A stretch of DNA of 64,000 nucleotides, from NCBI GenBank assembly GCA_963727895.1, contig CAVSHT010000003.1:192001-256000 (forward strand), written 5' to 3'. The notes under the pieces were generated by a model, which saw nothing but the letters and a program-made list of their open reading frames with translations, was not told the DNA's origin and did not search any database. Of this stretch, positions 1-9,742 are shown piece by piece (within the stretch, counting starts at the first letter, position 1; each line of letters starts with the position of its first letter). The position numbers and the translations under genes were made by a program. The DNA is from an uncultured Methanosarcinaceae archaeon. GTDB taxonomy: Archaea; Halobacteriota; Methanosarcinia; Methanosarcinales; Methanosarcinaceae.

Positions 1-515
1 CTGTCATCACTTCTCCAATCTCTTTTTTCTTCACTTTTTCCCAGAGTAGTTTTCCAGTTTCCGTTCCTCTGATGCCAAAAGAGCAGTTGATGAACTTTTT
101 CCCAACTCTATCAACAGCAATCCAGATCCAGCAATATTTTTTTTGTTACTGATGTAAGTGTGCATCTCATCCATTTCAACAATAGATATCTCACTTTCAC
201 TTTTTAGGTCCTCTCACTCTTGACCAAATTTCTTGATCCATTTTTGGACAGAAACATGACTTACCCCTAAAACTCCTCCTATTGAGCGAAAGCCCAATCC
301 TTCAAGATAGAGTTGTAAAGCCTGTCTTTTTACAGAAGCGGAAAAAGCAGTTGATTTTAGCTCTACTGTATAGTTATAGCCACAATCAGAGCATTTGTAC
401 CGTTGACGCCCGCCAACTATACCGTTCTTTTTGTGATTGGAACTATTACATTTTGGGCAGTTCACGCAGAAATATATGTTATAAGCATATATATCTATTT
501 TTGTGTACCACTACA
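1..515 (-). mobile_element. IS1-family insertion sequence copy A (cut by window start; InsA zinc ribbon/HTH with premature TGA)
   Basis: ORF 214..465 MNCPKC...GRQRYKCSDCG; A-run frameshift motif before InsB (YCWIWIAVDR); terminal repeat near 495-515; near-identical to four other copies in the window. Confidence 0.9.
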
Positions 516-739
516 TTATATAAATATGCTTTATAGAGAGCAAAGTTAACAGTTTATTCTAAAAAGTTTCTTGTTTTAATGAAGGTAGAGTGAGCTTCTT
601 TCCTGTATTATTATGGAAACTTATAATGTTATATATTATATTTTATACTGTTATTTCTATTAATTACTGAATATTTCAAACTGATTGTTTTTCTACAACT
701 TCTAAATACCTTTTTCCACATCAATTTAAATAAGAATTA

Positions 740-1736
740 TTACAAAAGTATATTGAACAGATATTCTGTAAAGATAATAGATATTGTTACAATTAAAACA
801 AAGGTTCCTATTAATTCATTTTTAAGTACTTTTTTCAGGATAATCATTTCAGGAAGAGATAGTGCAGTAACTGCCATCAAGAAGACTAGAGCAGTACCTA
901 TCGGCAGTCCTTTCCCAATAAGGCTTTCTACGATAGGGATCATACCCATAACATTTGAGTAGAGAGGTATTCCTATAACGACTGCGATAGGTACAGCAAG
1001 CAAATTGTCCTTCCCAGCATATTTTGCAAGGATACCTTCAGGAGCATATCCATGAAAGATTCCTCCTAAAGTAACTCCTATAATTATATAAATCCAAACT
1101 TTTCCTACAATGTTTAACGTTATCAAAAGCAATAGAAGCCCGTTCCTTTATGCTGAGCTCTTCAGGCTTCTTGGACTGCTCCCCTACCTTTATCTTGTAT
1201 ACGAAATCAGCTACGTATTTTTCCATTTTCAGAAGGCCCACTACATAACCACCAAAAACTCCGAGAATAATACCTGATACTACATAAATCAAGGTTGCTT
1301 TAAGACCAAGAGTAGCCCACAACGCAGCAACAGCAGCTTCGTTTACTAAAGGTGAAGTTATAAGAAAGGAAAATGTTACTCCAAGAGGCATTCCAGCTTC
1401 CACGAAACCAATGAAAAGGGGCACCGATGAACAGGAACAGAAAGGTGTAACTACTCCTAGCATGGAAGCTAAAAGATGATATTGCAGGCCTTTTTTACCT
1501 CCAAGCACTTTTCTGGTTTTTTTTGGAGTTATATAGGTCCTGATATAAGAAACAGCAAAGATCATTACAACTAGCAAAACTAAGATTTTCAATATATCAT
1601 AAATAATAAAGTTAACACTGGATGCAAGACGTGTATCAGGTGCAATCCTTAATAGACGTGTATCAGGTGCAATCCTTAATATTTCATATGTCAGTTTGTC
1701 TGCAAACCATTGGAAAGGATAGAATAGATCGACCAT
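740..1736 (-). pseudogene. Permease, ArsP/DUF318 family, frameshifted near 1113
   Basis: TPFCSCSSVPLF motif and GIPLY/ALSLPEMI C-terminal half split across ORFs 1038..1736 and 740..1132; also carries an in-frame 27-bp duplication. Confidence 0.85.
1627..1680. repeat. Perfect 27-bp tandem duplication inside the permease gene
   Basis: agacgtgtatcaggtgcaatccttaat x2, giving LRIAPDTRL-LRIAPDTRL. Confidence 0.95.
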
Positions 1737-2334
1737 TTTGAGTTCCGTCTTCTATGTTTATTCGCTAGTTTTATAATCTAATTTCAATCGCATCTGTATA
1801 TGTTTATACAATTATACATCTTTTCAGGGGATTTTTACAAAATTGTTTAATATATCTAGAAACTAGTAAGGACATTTTCATGCTCGTAAAGACACGAAAA
1901 CAGTTATTTGGAGTTTATTTTTAGGTAAATCTACTCTCTCCACATTAGTTGAGGGCTTAAATAAGGCGAAATGTTCTATCTTTTTAGAAGGGTTGAGTTT
2001 ACTTCCTGGAGTAAAGCATAGGAAAGTTGTACAATAACCCTAGTTTAAATTCTGGGAACTGTAAAGCATCAATAAGAATCTTAGCTCTTTAAATATTGGT
2101 GCAAGTGAATTTATCTTCAGATACTTAATAACCAATTTTTTTATTCTATCTCTTTCATTCATAGCTCTTCTTTTCTAATTTTTAGAAACAATCACTTATG
2201 TTTATTCAAATTAAGAAATTAATTACAATTTTAAAATTAAAAAACCCGTAACAGGTTTTAATTGCTGCTAACACATCTTTTGTATTATTTCGAATGATTG
2301 AGTTTCCATAAATGATAAAGAAATTATATGAAGA

Positions 2335-2718
2335 TTATTCGGATTGAAGAATTTCCAGTACTTTTCCAAGAGTACCTTCTACTTCCTGGTCTTTGAGATC
2401 TCTTTCCTTGCTTTTCTTAATCCCTAGTTGAGATATTACGATTTGCCGATCAACTTTAAATCCTGCAAGTTCAAGAGTTTTACTGGCGCAGTTTAAAGGA
2501 CAACCATCAATTGTAATGATTCTCTCGGAAGATTCGGCAGACTTCACAATTCCGGGAGTTCTTGCCCCTATTCCTGCGGTACACATAAGGTTTCCTATAC
2601 CTTGTTTATCAAGTTCGATTGCTATTTTGTTTGAGAGCTGCCCGACATTTGCTGCTCCTACACAGGGAAAAATTGCCACATTCGCCGAACCGCATGCACA
2701 TTTTGTTTCTTCTGGCAT
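2335..2718 (-). CDS. Putative zinc-binding protein, DGC domain
   Basis: CxGAANVGQ...C...IDGCPLNCA motif. Confidence 0.85.
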   Translation of the reverse strand: MPEETKCACGSANVAIFPCVGAANVGQLSNKIAIELDKQGIGNLMCTAGIGARTPGIVKSAESSERIITIDGCPLNCASKTLELAGFKVDRQIVISQLGIKKSKERDLKDQEVEGTLGKVLEILQSE

Positions 2719-2801
2719 ATTTTCACTTTAACCTTTAGTTTATTCTGAATATTTTAATCGTTTCAATTTTCGGTTTAATCTGTCAGTCTATTTTTAACAG
2801 A

Positions 2802-3044
2802 TCATTCTTTAATCCATTTTTTGATGTCATCTACGCTTGGAACTCTACCTGCGACTTTAACATCTTCGTCAATTACAAGAACGGGTGTTACCATAACTCC
2901 ATATCCCAGAATTTTATCAAAATCTTCTACCTTGACAATTTCAGCATTAACACCTGTTTCTTTTACAGTTTTTTCTACCAATTCCTTTGTCTTATTGCAT
3001 TTTGAACATCCTGTACCAAGTATTTCTATTTTCATTGTATTCAC
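2802..3044 (-). CDS. Small redox-active disulfide protein (thioredoxin-like, MTH895 type)
   Basis: IEILGTGCSKC and YGVMVTP motifs; RBS GAGGTG upstream. Confidence 0.9.
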   Translation of the reverse strand: MNTMKIEILGTGCSKCNKTKELVEKTVKETGVNAEIVKVEDFDKILGYGVMVTPVLVIDEDVKVAGRVPSVDDIKKWIKE

Positions 3045-3160
3045 CTCAGTATTTCTTATTTCAAATATATTTGAAGCAACCTATATATAATTTTTTATTT
3101 CAAAATAATTTTAATTACCTCTCAACCTATTCATTTTTTCAATTAAAATTGAAGCGACTC

Positions 3161-3224
3161 AAAATCAGTGTTTAAAATCAGTGTTTAAAATCAGTGTTTA
3201 AAATCAGTGTTTAAAATCAGTGTT
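3161..3224. repeat. 13-bp tandem repeat, about 5 copies
   Basis: (aaaatcagtgttt)x~5 in the divergent intergenic region. Confidence 0.95.
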
Positions 3225-3298
3225 CATATATATCTCTAGCAATGTTTCGAAAGTATGGTTAAAACAGAATCAGAATGTATGTCCAAAAAAAGTGCTTT

Positions 3299-3631
3299 AT
3301 GCACACTATTTTCCTGTTTATTCTTGCAGGTATTTTCGAGATCGGAGGAGGATACCTTATGTGGTTGTGGTTGCGTGAAGGCAGAAGTTTAATTTTTGCG
3401 TTTTTGGGGGCAATTATTCTGTTTTTATATGGGATTGTACCTACTTTTCAGCATTCTTACTTCCACAGAATTTATGCAACTTATGGGGGAATTTTTGTCG
3501 TCATGTCTCTTTTATGGGGCTGGATCTTCGATAAAATCCCTCCAGATATCCATGATCTTATCGGTGCCTTGATTATTCTTATTGGAGTGTCGATTATATA
3601 CTACTGGCCTAGAAAAGGTGACAATATATGA
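3299..3631 (+). CDS. YnfA/UPF0060 family small membrane protein, paralog 1
   Basis: AGIFEIGGGYLMWLWLR and RIYATYGGIF motifs; four TM segments. Confidence 0.9.
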   Translation: MHTIFLFILAGIFEIGGGYLMWLWLREGRSLIFAFLGAIILFLYGIVPTFQHSYFHRIYATYGGIFVVMSLLWGWIFDKIPPDIHDLIGALIILIGVSIIYYWPRKGDNI

Positions 3632-3957
3632 TTGATGCTACTGCTTCGATTGTTTTATTTTTTCTGGTTGCCCTTTTTGAAATTGGAGGAGGTTATTTTG
3701 TTTGGTTGTGGTTAAGGGAAAACAAAAGAGCCTTATTTGGGCTGCTCGGCGGAATTACATTAGCAATCTATGGAGTAATTCCAACTTTTCAGCCTGCACA
3801 TTTCGGAAGGGTTTATGCTGCTTACGGAGGAATCTTTATTGTTTCTTCGTTATTATGGGGAGCATTTGTAGATAAGAAAAAACCAGATAAATATGAGATT
3901 ATATGGGCAATAATTGCACTTGTAGGTGTGCTGGTAATTTTCTATATACCTCGTTAA
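3628..3957 (+). CDS. YnfA/UPF0060 family small membrane protein, paralog 2
   Basis: FEIGGGYFVWLWLRE and GRVYAAYGGIF motifs; start overlaps the end of paralog 1. Confidence 0.9.
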   Translation: MIDATASIVLFFLVALFEIGGGYFVWLWLRENKRALFGLLGGITLAIYGVIPTFQPAHFGRVYAAYGGIFIVSSLLWGAFVDKKKPDKYEIIWAIIALVGVLVIFYIPR

Positions 3958-4155
3958 TTGTCAGTACAATATTAATAACAATAAGCAAAAAATATAAACA
4001 ACTGAAATAAATATGGTGGTGTTAATAATACCTATCATAAATGGTTATTATGAATATTTATTTATAGATCAATTGTCTGCTTGAAAATGCCTTAAATTCT
4101 ATTTTCATTTTGATTGAATGTAATTCTTACGTTGCTAACAGGGAGAGAAATATCC

Positions 4156-5087
4156 ATGCTTCAAATATTCAAATCAACAGATTCCGGACTGACTGCTCTT
4201 GATCATATTGAAGATGGATCATGGATTAATCTTGTAAATCCGAAAGAACAGGAAATAATGTCAATTTCAAATAAGCTCAATATTCCTGCTGAACATCTTA
4301 AAGCTGCACTTGATGAAGAAGAGCGTTCTAGACTTGAAGTAGATGAAGGCTGCACTGTTGTATAGATATACCTGTACCAAATGAAAACCTTCAGGATGGG
4401 GGAATCTATTTTACAATTCCTCTTGGAATTATAATTAATGATAAAAACATCGTTACTGTTTCTCTTCAGGAAAATTACGTTATTAACAGCTTTATCGAGC
4501 ATAAAATAAAATCCTTCTACACGTTCAAAAAAACACGTTTTCTTTTACAGATTTTATATAGAAATTCAAAGTTGTATCTTCAGTATCTAAGGCGTATCGA
4601 TAAAGCAAGCGATAAAATTGAAGCAAAATTGCACAAATCCCTAAAAAATAAGGAATTAATGCAGCTTCTTGGACTTGAAAAAAGCCTTGTATATTTCTCT
4701 ACATCTTTAAAAAGCAATGAAGTTGTTCTTGAAAAAATTCTCAGATCTACTCCTATAAAAATGTATCCTGATAATACGGATCTTCTTGAAGATGTTATTA
4801 TCGAAAACAAGCAAGCAATTGAAATGGCAAATATTTATAGCAATATTCTAACCGGAACTATGGACGCATATGCATCAGTTATCTCCAATAACTTAAATAT
4901 TGTCATGAAATTCCTCACTTCAGCTACAATCGTTCTTTCAGTCCCAACAATGGTTGCCAGTTTCTTTGGAATGAATGTTGATGTCCCTTTCGAGAATGAC
5001 CCTCATGCATTTGTAATTATTTTCATCATTTCATTTGTTTTCTCAGTAGTTCTGGCTCTTACAATGTTAAGAAAACAATTATTCTAA
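4156..5087 (+). pseudogene. corA: CorA-family Mg2+/Co2+ transporter, frameshifted near 4362
   Basis: N-terminal WINLVNP...ALDEEERSR and C-terminal FFGMNV (GMN) signature; frame break of about -1 after GCTVV. Confidence 0.85.
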
Positions 5088-5295
5088 GTGAAAATCCAAA
5101 AAATCGCATTTAATGTCTATATTTTGAATATTTTCTCTTTTAAGAGCCTTTTATTTATTAATCTCAGTTACCTTGAAAAACACTTGATTGTTGAATTATG
5201 TGAAAAAGGACATCTTAAAAGGCTAATTTGAAAAAAATAAATATTTCAGGGTTTTTCCCCTAACTTTTTTCATTTAACTAATAAGCCTGTATTTC

Positions 5296-6514
5296 TCAAT
5301 GAATTGTATCATAAGCACATTCACCATGCATAGAAATATCCAGACCTACAAGCTGTTCTTCGTCTGTAACCTTGACCGGAGTTACTAAGTTTATCAACAT
5401 CAGCATAATGTAGGTAAATACAAATGCATATATTGAAGTAGCTACAACAACTACAACTTCTTTAATAAAAAATGCTGTGCCGCCGTAAAGCAATCCGTCA
5501 GCTCCTACTGGATTTATAGCAGTTGAAGCAAAGATTCCAAGTAGAATTGTGCCGGTAACGCCTCCAATTCCATGAACACCCCATACATCAAGTGCATCAT
5601 CCCATTCCATCTTGTTTTTAATGTGTACAGCAAAGTAACAGATAATTGACCCAAGGATGCCCATTAATGCGGCTGAAGGCAAAGAAACAAGCCCTGCTGC
5701 AGGGGTAATAGTTGCAAGACCTCCCACTGCTCCTGTCATAAACCCAACAAACTTTGGTTTTCCTTCTTTGTACCATTCTATTATCATCCAGGTCATTGCT
5801 GCAAAAGAAGCTGCAATGTCGCTATTCAGGAATGCAAGTGAGGTAATACCATCTACGTTGAGTTCACTTCCAGCGTTAAAACCATACCATCCAAACCACA
5901 AAAGGGCAGTTCCAATAGCCATTAACGGAATATTGTTTGGTTTTGTTATCTTATTATACTTTCTTGAGCCTACATAAAATACCGAAGCAAGGGCTGCAAA
6001 TCCGGCTGTTGCATGGACAACAATTCCTCCTGCAAAATCAAGAATTCCCATTTGTGCTAGCAGTCCCCCTCCCCATACCATATGGACAAAAGGATAGTAA
6101 ACAAAAAGCTGCCAGAGGACAAGGAAAATAAGGTAAGCTTTAAAAGTAACGCGGTTTGCAAATGCTCCCGTAATCAAAGCAGGAGTAATAATTGCAAACA
6201 TCATCTGGTAAGCCACGAATACAATTTCTGGAAATCCCAGTATTTTTTACAATTGTAGTTGGTGTAATCCCATGTAGAAACATTTTATCCAGGTTTCCTA
6301 TTATTGCACCTTCACCTCCACTGAAACACAGAGAATACCCGATAATAAACCATAAAACAGTAGTCAATCCCATCGAAACAAAGCTTTGCATCATTATTCC
6401 TAAAATATTCCGCTTACAGGAAAGTCCTCCGTAAAAGAATGCCAGACCAGGAGTCATTAGCATTACAAGACTTGTTGCAAGCAGCATAAAGCCTGTAGAT
6501 CCAGTATTTAACAT
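5296..6514 (-). CDS. amtB: Ammonium transporter AmtB (second copy); +1 frameshift near 6232 in this sequence
   Basis: MTPGLAFFYGG, QMMFAIITPAL, DFAGGIVVH, GWYGFNAGS, DDALDVWGVHG motifs; removing one base gives 406 codons. Confidence 0.9.
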
Positions 6515-6625
6515 TTTATCATCCCATCTATTTTTTATATGATAACTAGGAAATCTCAAATATCTTACCTTGTTCCTATTTTATCATAAATAACTATTTC
6601 CACTTTCTATTTACTGAAAATTAGG

Positions 6626-6858
6626 TTTCAGGCAATTGTTCAGGATAGGAATGGTTAAAGATAGGATTTGATTTTCAGGTAATCTTTCAGGATGGAAATT
6701 GTTGAAAATAGAATTTAATTTTCCTATAAATGTTCAGGATAGAAATGGTTAAAAATGGGATTTAATTTTCAGGTAATTATTCAAAGAGAAATAGTTAAAG
6801 ATAGGATTTAATTTTCAGGTAACTATTCAGAGAGAAATAGTTAAAGATAGGATTTAAT
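6626..6858. repeat. Degenerate 46-47-bp tandem repeat, 5 copies
   Basis: Units start at 6626, 6673, 6720, 6767 and 6813; consensus tttcaggtaattattcaggatagaaatggttaaagataggatttaat. Confidence 0.9.
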
Positions 6859-6913
6859 GGGAAATCCAATAAATAGTTCAAAATAAGAAAAGTACAGGTA
6901 AATTTGCCTGTAC

Positions 6914-8108
6914 TTATATATTGTATGCAATTTCACCATGCTGTGTTTGTCAAGTCCGATGTTTTCTTCACTTTCGCTGACTTTAAGCCCTATAGTCTTG
7001 TTGAGTATGAATCCAATAAGAAGGGTGCCAACAACTGCATAAATAATTGTGAATGACAACTCCTTGAAGCTGGATTAAAAATTGACCTGGATTTCCATAA
7101 AGTAGACCAGTTCCTCCTACACTTGCAAATACACCTGTTAGAAGTGCACCTACTATTCCTCCAACGCCATGTACTCCAAAGGCATCCAGCGAATCATCAT
7201 ATCCAAATCTTTCTTTGAGTCCTACAGCTTTGTAGCACACGAAACTTGTGATCATACCTATAGGAATTGCTGCCATTGGCGTAACAAAGCCTGCACCTGG
7301 AGTTATTGCAACAAGTCCTGCTAGAATGCCGGTTGCAAATCCCAGGGCAGTTGGATACCCTAAGTGATACCATTCAAGTGCCATCCAGACAAATCCTGCA
7401 GCTGCAGGGGCTACAAGCGTTGTAATAAATGCAAGTGCTGCGATCTCATTTGCAGCAAGAGCTGATCCTGCATTGAACCCGAACCATCCAAACCAGAGAA
7501 GTCCGGTTCCAAGGAGCGTTAGAGTAACGTTGTGTGGCTTTAGTGGATCTACACCAAAACCTCTTCTTTTGCCAAGGTATGTTAAAAGTGCAAGTGAGGA
7601 GATACCTGAAGTTATATGAACAACCGTGCCACCTGCAAAGTCAAGAGCTTTTCCTGTTAGGAAGCCTCCACCCCAGACCCAGTGACAGACAGGTGCATAT
7701 ACAATAAGTCCCCAGAGCGCGATAAATGCAATGTAAGATTTAAACTTAACACGTCCGACAATTGCACCTGAAATTAGAGCAGGTGTAATTATTGCAAACA
7801 TTCCTTGAAATGCGATATATGCATAAGTAGGAATTGTACCAGTTACTGAATATACATCAATTCCTTTCAAGGAATATATGTGAAAGGCCACCCACAAACG
7901 AATTACCCTCTGAAAAGGCAAGCGAGTAACCTATTATTACCCATTCAAGAGCCATGACACCCATTGCAACAAATGAATGCATCATGCTGCTCAGAACGTT
8001 TTTGCGCTGTACTAGCCCGCCATAGAATAGTGCAAGTCCGGGAAGCATTAGTAATACAAGTGCGGCTGAGATCAGTACCCATACAGTGTCTGCTGCTACA
8101 ATAGCCAT
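6914..8108 (-). CDS. amtB: Ammonium transporter AmtB (glnK-linked); three indels in this sequence (~7870, ~7052, ~6950)
   Basis: PGLALFYGG, DFAGGTVVH, GWFGFNAGS, YDDSLDAFGVHG and restored C-terminal QHGEIAY. Confidence 0.9.
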
Positions 8109-8117
8109 ATTATCCCC

Positions 8118-8462
8118 TCATAAAGCGCTAGGACCGGTTTCGTTAGTACGAATCCGTATTACATCTTCTAGTGGCAGCACAAATATTTTGCCGCTTCCTA
8201 TGTAATTTTCATCGCCTTTTGCCCCAGTTTTTATAGCTTCAATGACTGATTCTAGGTAACGATCTTCCACTGCTATTTCGATCTTTACTTTCTCAAGCAG
8301 GTTTGCTTCATGTACAGTTGCCCTGTATATTTCCAGATGCCCTTTTTGTGCACCATAGCCAGCGACTGATGATACTGTCATTCTGCTTACTTCAAGTTTT
8401 TGAAGTTCTCGTTTGACCGCATCAAGCCTTTCCGGCCTTACGACTGCGATTATATATTTCAT
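8118..8462 (-). CDS. glnK: PII nitrogen regulatory protein GlnK
   Basis: MKYIIAVVRPE...GYGAQKG T-loop...GKIFVLP...IRIRTNE; directly upstream of amtB. Confidence 0.93.
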   Translation of the reverse strand: MKYIIAVVRPERLDAVKRELQKLEVSRMTVSSVAGYGAQKGHLEIYRATVHEANLLEKVKIEIAVEDRYLESVIEAIKTGAKGDENYIGSGKIFVLPLEDVIRIRTNETGPSAL

Positions 8463-8476
8463 CTCAACCACCAATA

Positions 8477-8508
8477 GGTATCTCGTATCCGACAGTCCAC
8501 TATTTAAA
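8477..8508 (-). promoter_or_regulatory. glnK promoter: TATA box (TTTAAATA) and NrpR-operator-like site
   Basis: Minus strand GGAT-ACGAGA-TACC (8477-8490) resembles GGAA-N6-TTCC, just downstream of the TATA box at 8501-8508. Confidence 0.55.
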
Positions 8509-8597
8509 TTTACCTATTTAACTGTTGGATATTTAGGAAGTCTTACCCAAAAAGTGATTCGTAAATGAGGCTTTTTTTCCAATTAAAGAGTTAAATC

Positions 8598-9611
8598 TTG
8601 GTTTTTATAGTCTTTACGTTATTACTGTATTTTACAAGGAGGAATAATAGTGTCTGTTGTGAGTCTCTTTTCCTGTCTTCAAGTTTTTCTGTCATAGAGC
8701 TTTTATCTAGTGAAAGCAAACTTAGGAATATGTTCGGAGAAATTGGAAGTGTAAAAAATAAAGCTGATAATATTTCCCTTCAAATTCTTTCTCTTTTCAG
8801 GGACAGTATCAGTGAAATATGCCTTAATGAAGCTAAATCTGTGTCAAATTATTTCAAACCGGAATATTCTCGTTATATTATAGTACATACTCCTCTGGAT
8901 ATCAGGTTCCCTGAGAAAAGGGAAGAATGGAACATGCGCTTTTGTGGGGATGTCGGAGTTTCGATTGTAGAATCTGTTATAGTTGAAACTGACAGAATCT
9001 ATGTAAAAGGATTTATGGCAGTTAACGGGTCCAAAATCTATGATATCCTTCCTTTTACTAATATAGATGCAGGAAAAGCGAAGAAAGCCGCATTTCCTGA
9101 AGACCATATGTCTCGTGTGCGCGCTAAGGTGCTTCCTGCCGTGCTCTCTAACATAAAAGGAGAAACCATTCTCGATATTGGCAGTGGTTTCGGAAACCTT
9201 ACTATGGAGCTTGCAAGAAACAACCTTGATTCGATGGTTTACGGGGTTGATCTTCACGACTCTCTTACAGGTCAGTCGCAGATGAACGCTGACGTTCTTG
9301 GTGTATCTAATGTAAAGTTCAGGACCGGAAGTGTCTATGCTCTGCCTTTTGAAGCCAACTCTTTTGATGTAGCTACCTGCTTTCTCATGCTTCACCACCT
9401 CGACGACATTAAATTCGCCCTATTCGAAATTAAAAGAGTGCTTAAAACCGGCGGCATGTTGACTGCAGTTGAGCCTCTTGCAGAGAAACATCATCATGGG
9501 CCTCAACTCTCAAAAGCTGGATGGATAGAATTTTTTGAAGATGTTGGTTTCTTCGTAGAAGCTGAAAGCTTGGAAGGGGCAGTAGTTATAAAAGCTGTAA
9601 AAAGAGACTAA
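8598..9611 (+). CDS. Class I SAM-dependent methyltransferase with N-terminal extension (start uncertain)
   Basis: ILDIGSGFG motif I; ALPFEANSFDV...LHHL...RVLKTGG. Confidence 0.85.
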   Translation: MVFIVFTLLLYFTRRNNSVCCESLFLSSSFSVIELLSSESKLRNMFGEIGSVKNKADNISLQILSLFRDSISEICLNEAKSVSNYFKPEYSRYIIVHTPLDIRFPEKREEWNMRFCGDVGVSIVESVIVETDRIYVKGFMAVNGSKIYDILPFTNIDAGKAKKAAFPEDHMSRVRAKVLPAVLSNIKGETILDIGSGFGNLTMELARNNLDSMVYGVDLHDSLTGQSQMNADVLGVSNVKFRTGSVYALPFEANSFDVATCFLMLHHLDDIKFALFEIKRVLKTGGMLTAVEPLAEKHHHGPQLSKAGWIEFFEDVGFFVEAESLEGAVVIKAVKRD

Positions 9612-9742
9612 AACTGTAATAAAAGACTAAGTCCTGAAAAAAGATTCGAAGGAAGTTGGGGTAACTTCATTTTTTTATTTTTAAATAATAAATCCCACAC
9701 TCCCAAGATTAACCTTTTATTTTTTCAATTTAATATGTTGGC

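Noticed and set aside
1827..2040. MITE bounded by GGG..TACAA-like inverted repeats
   Set aside because: The ends match at only about 11 of 17 positions and there is no clear target duplication
6626..6858. CRISPR array
   Set aside because: Units are directly adjacent with no unique spacers, and there are no cas genes in the window
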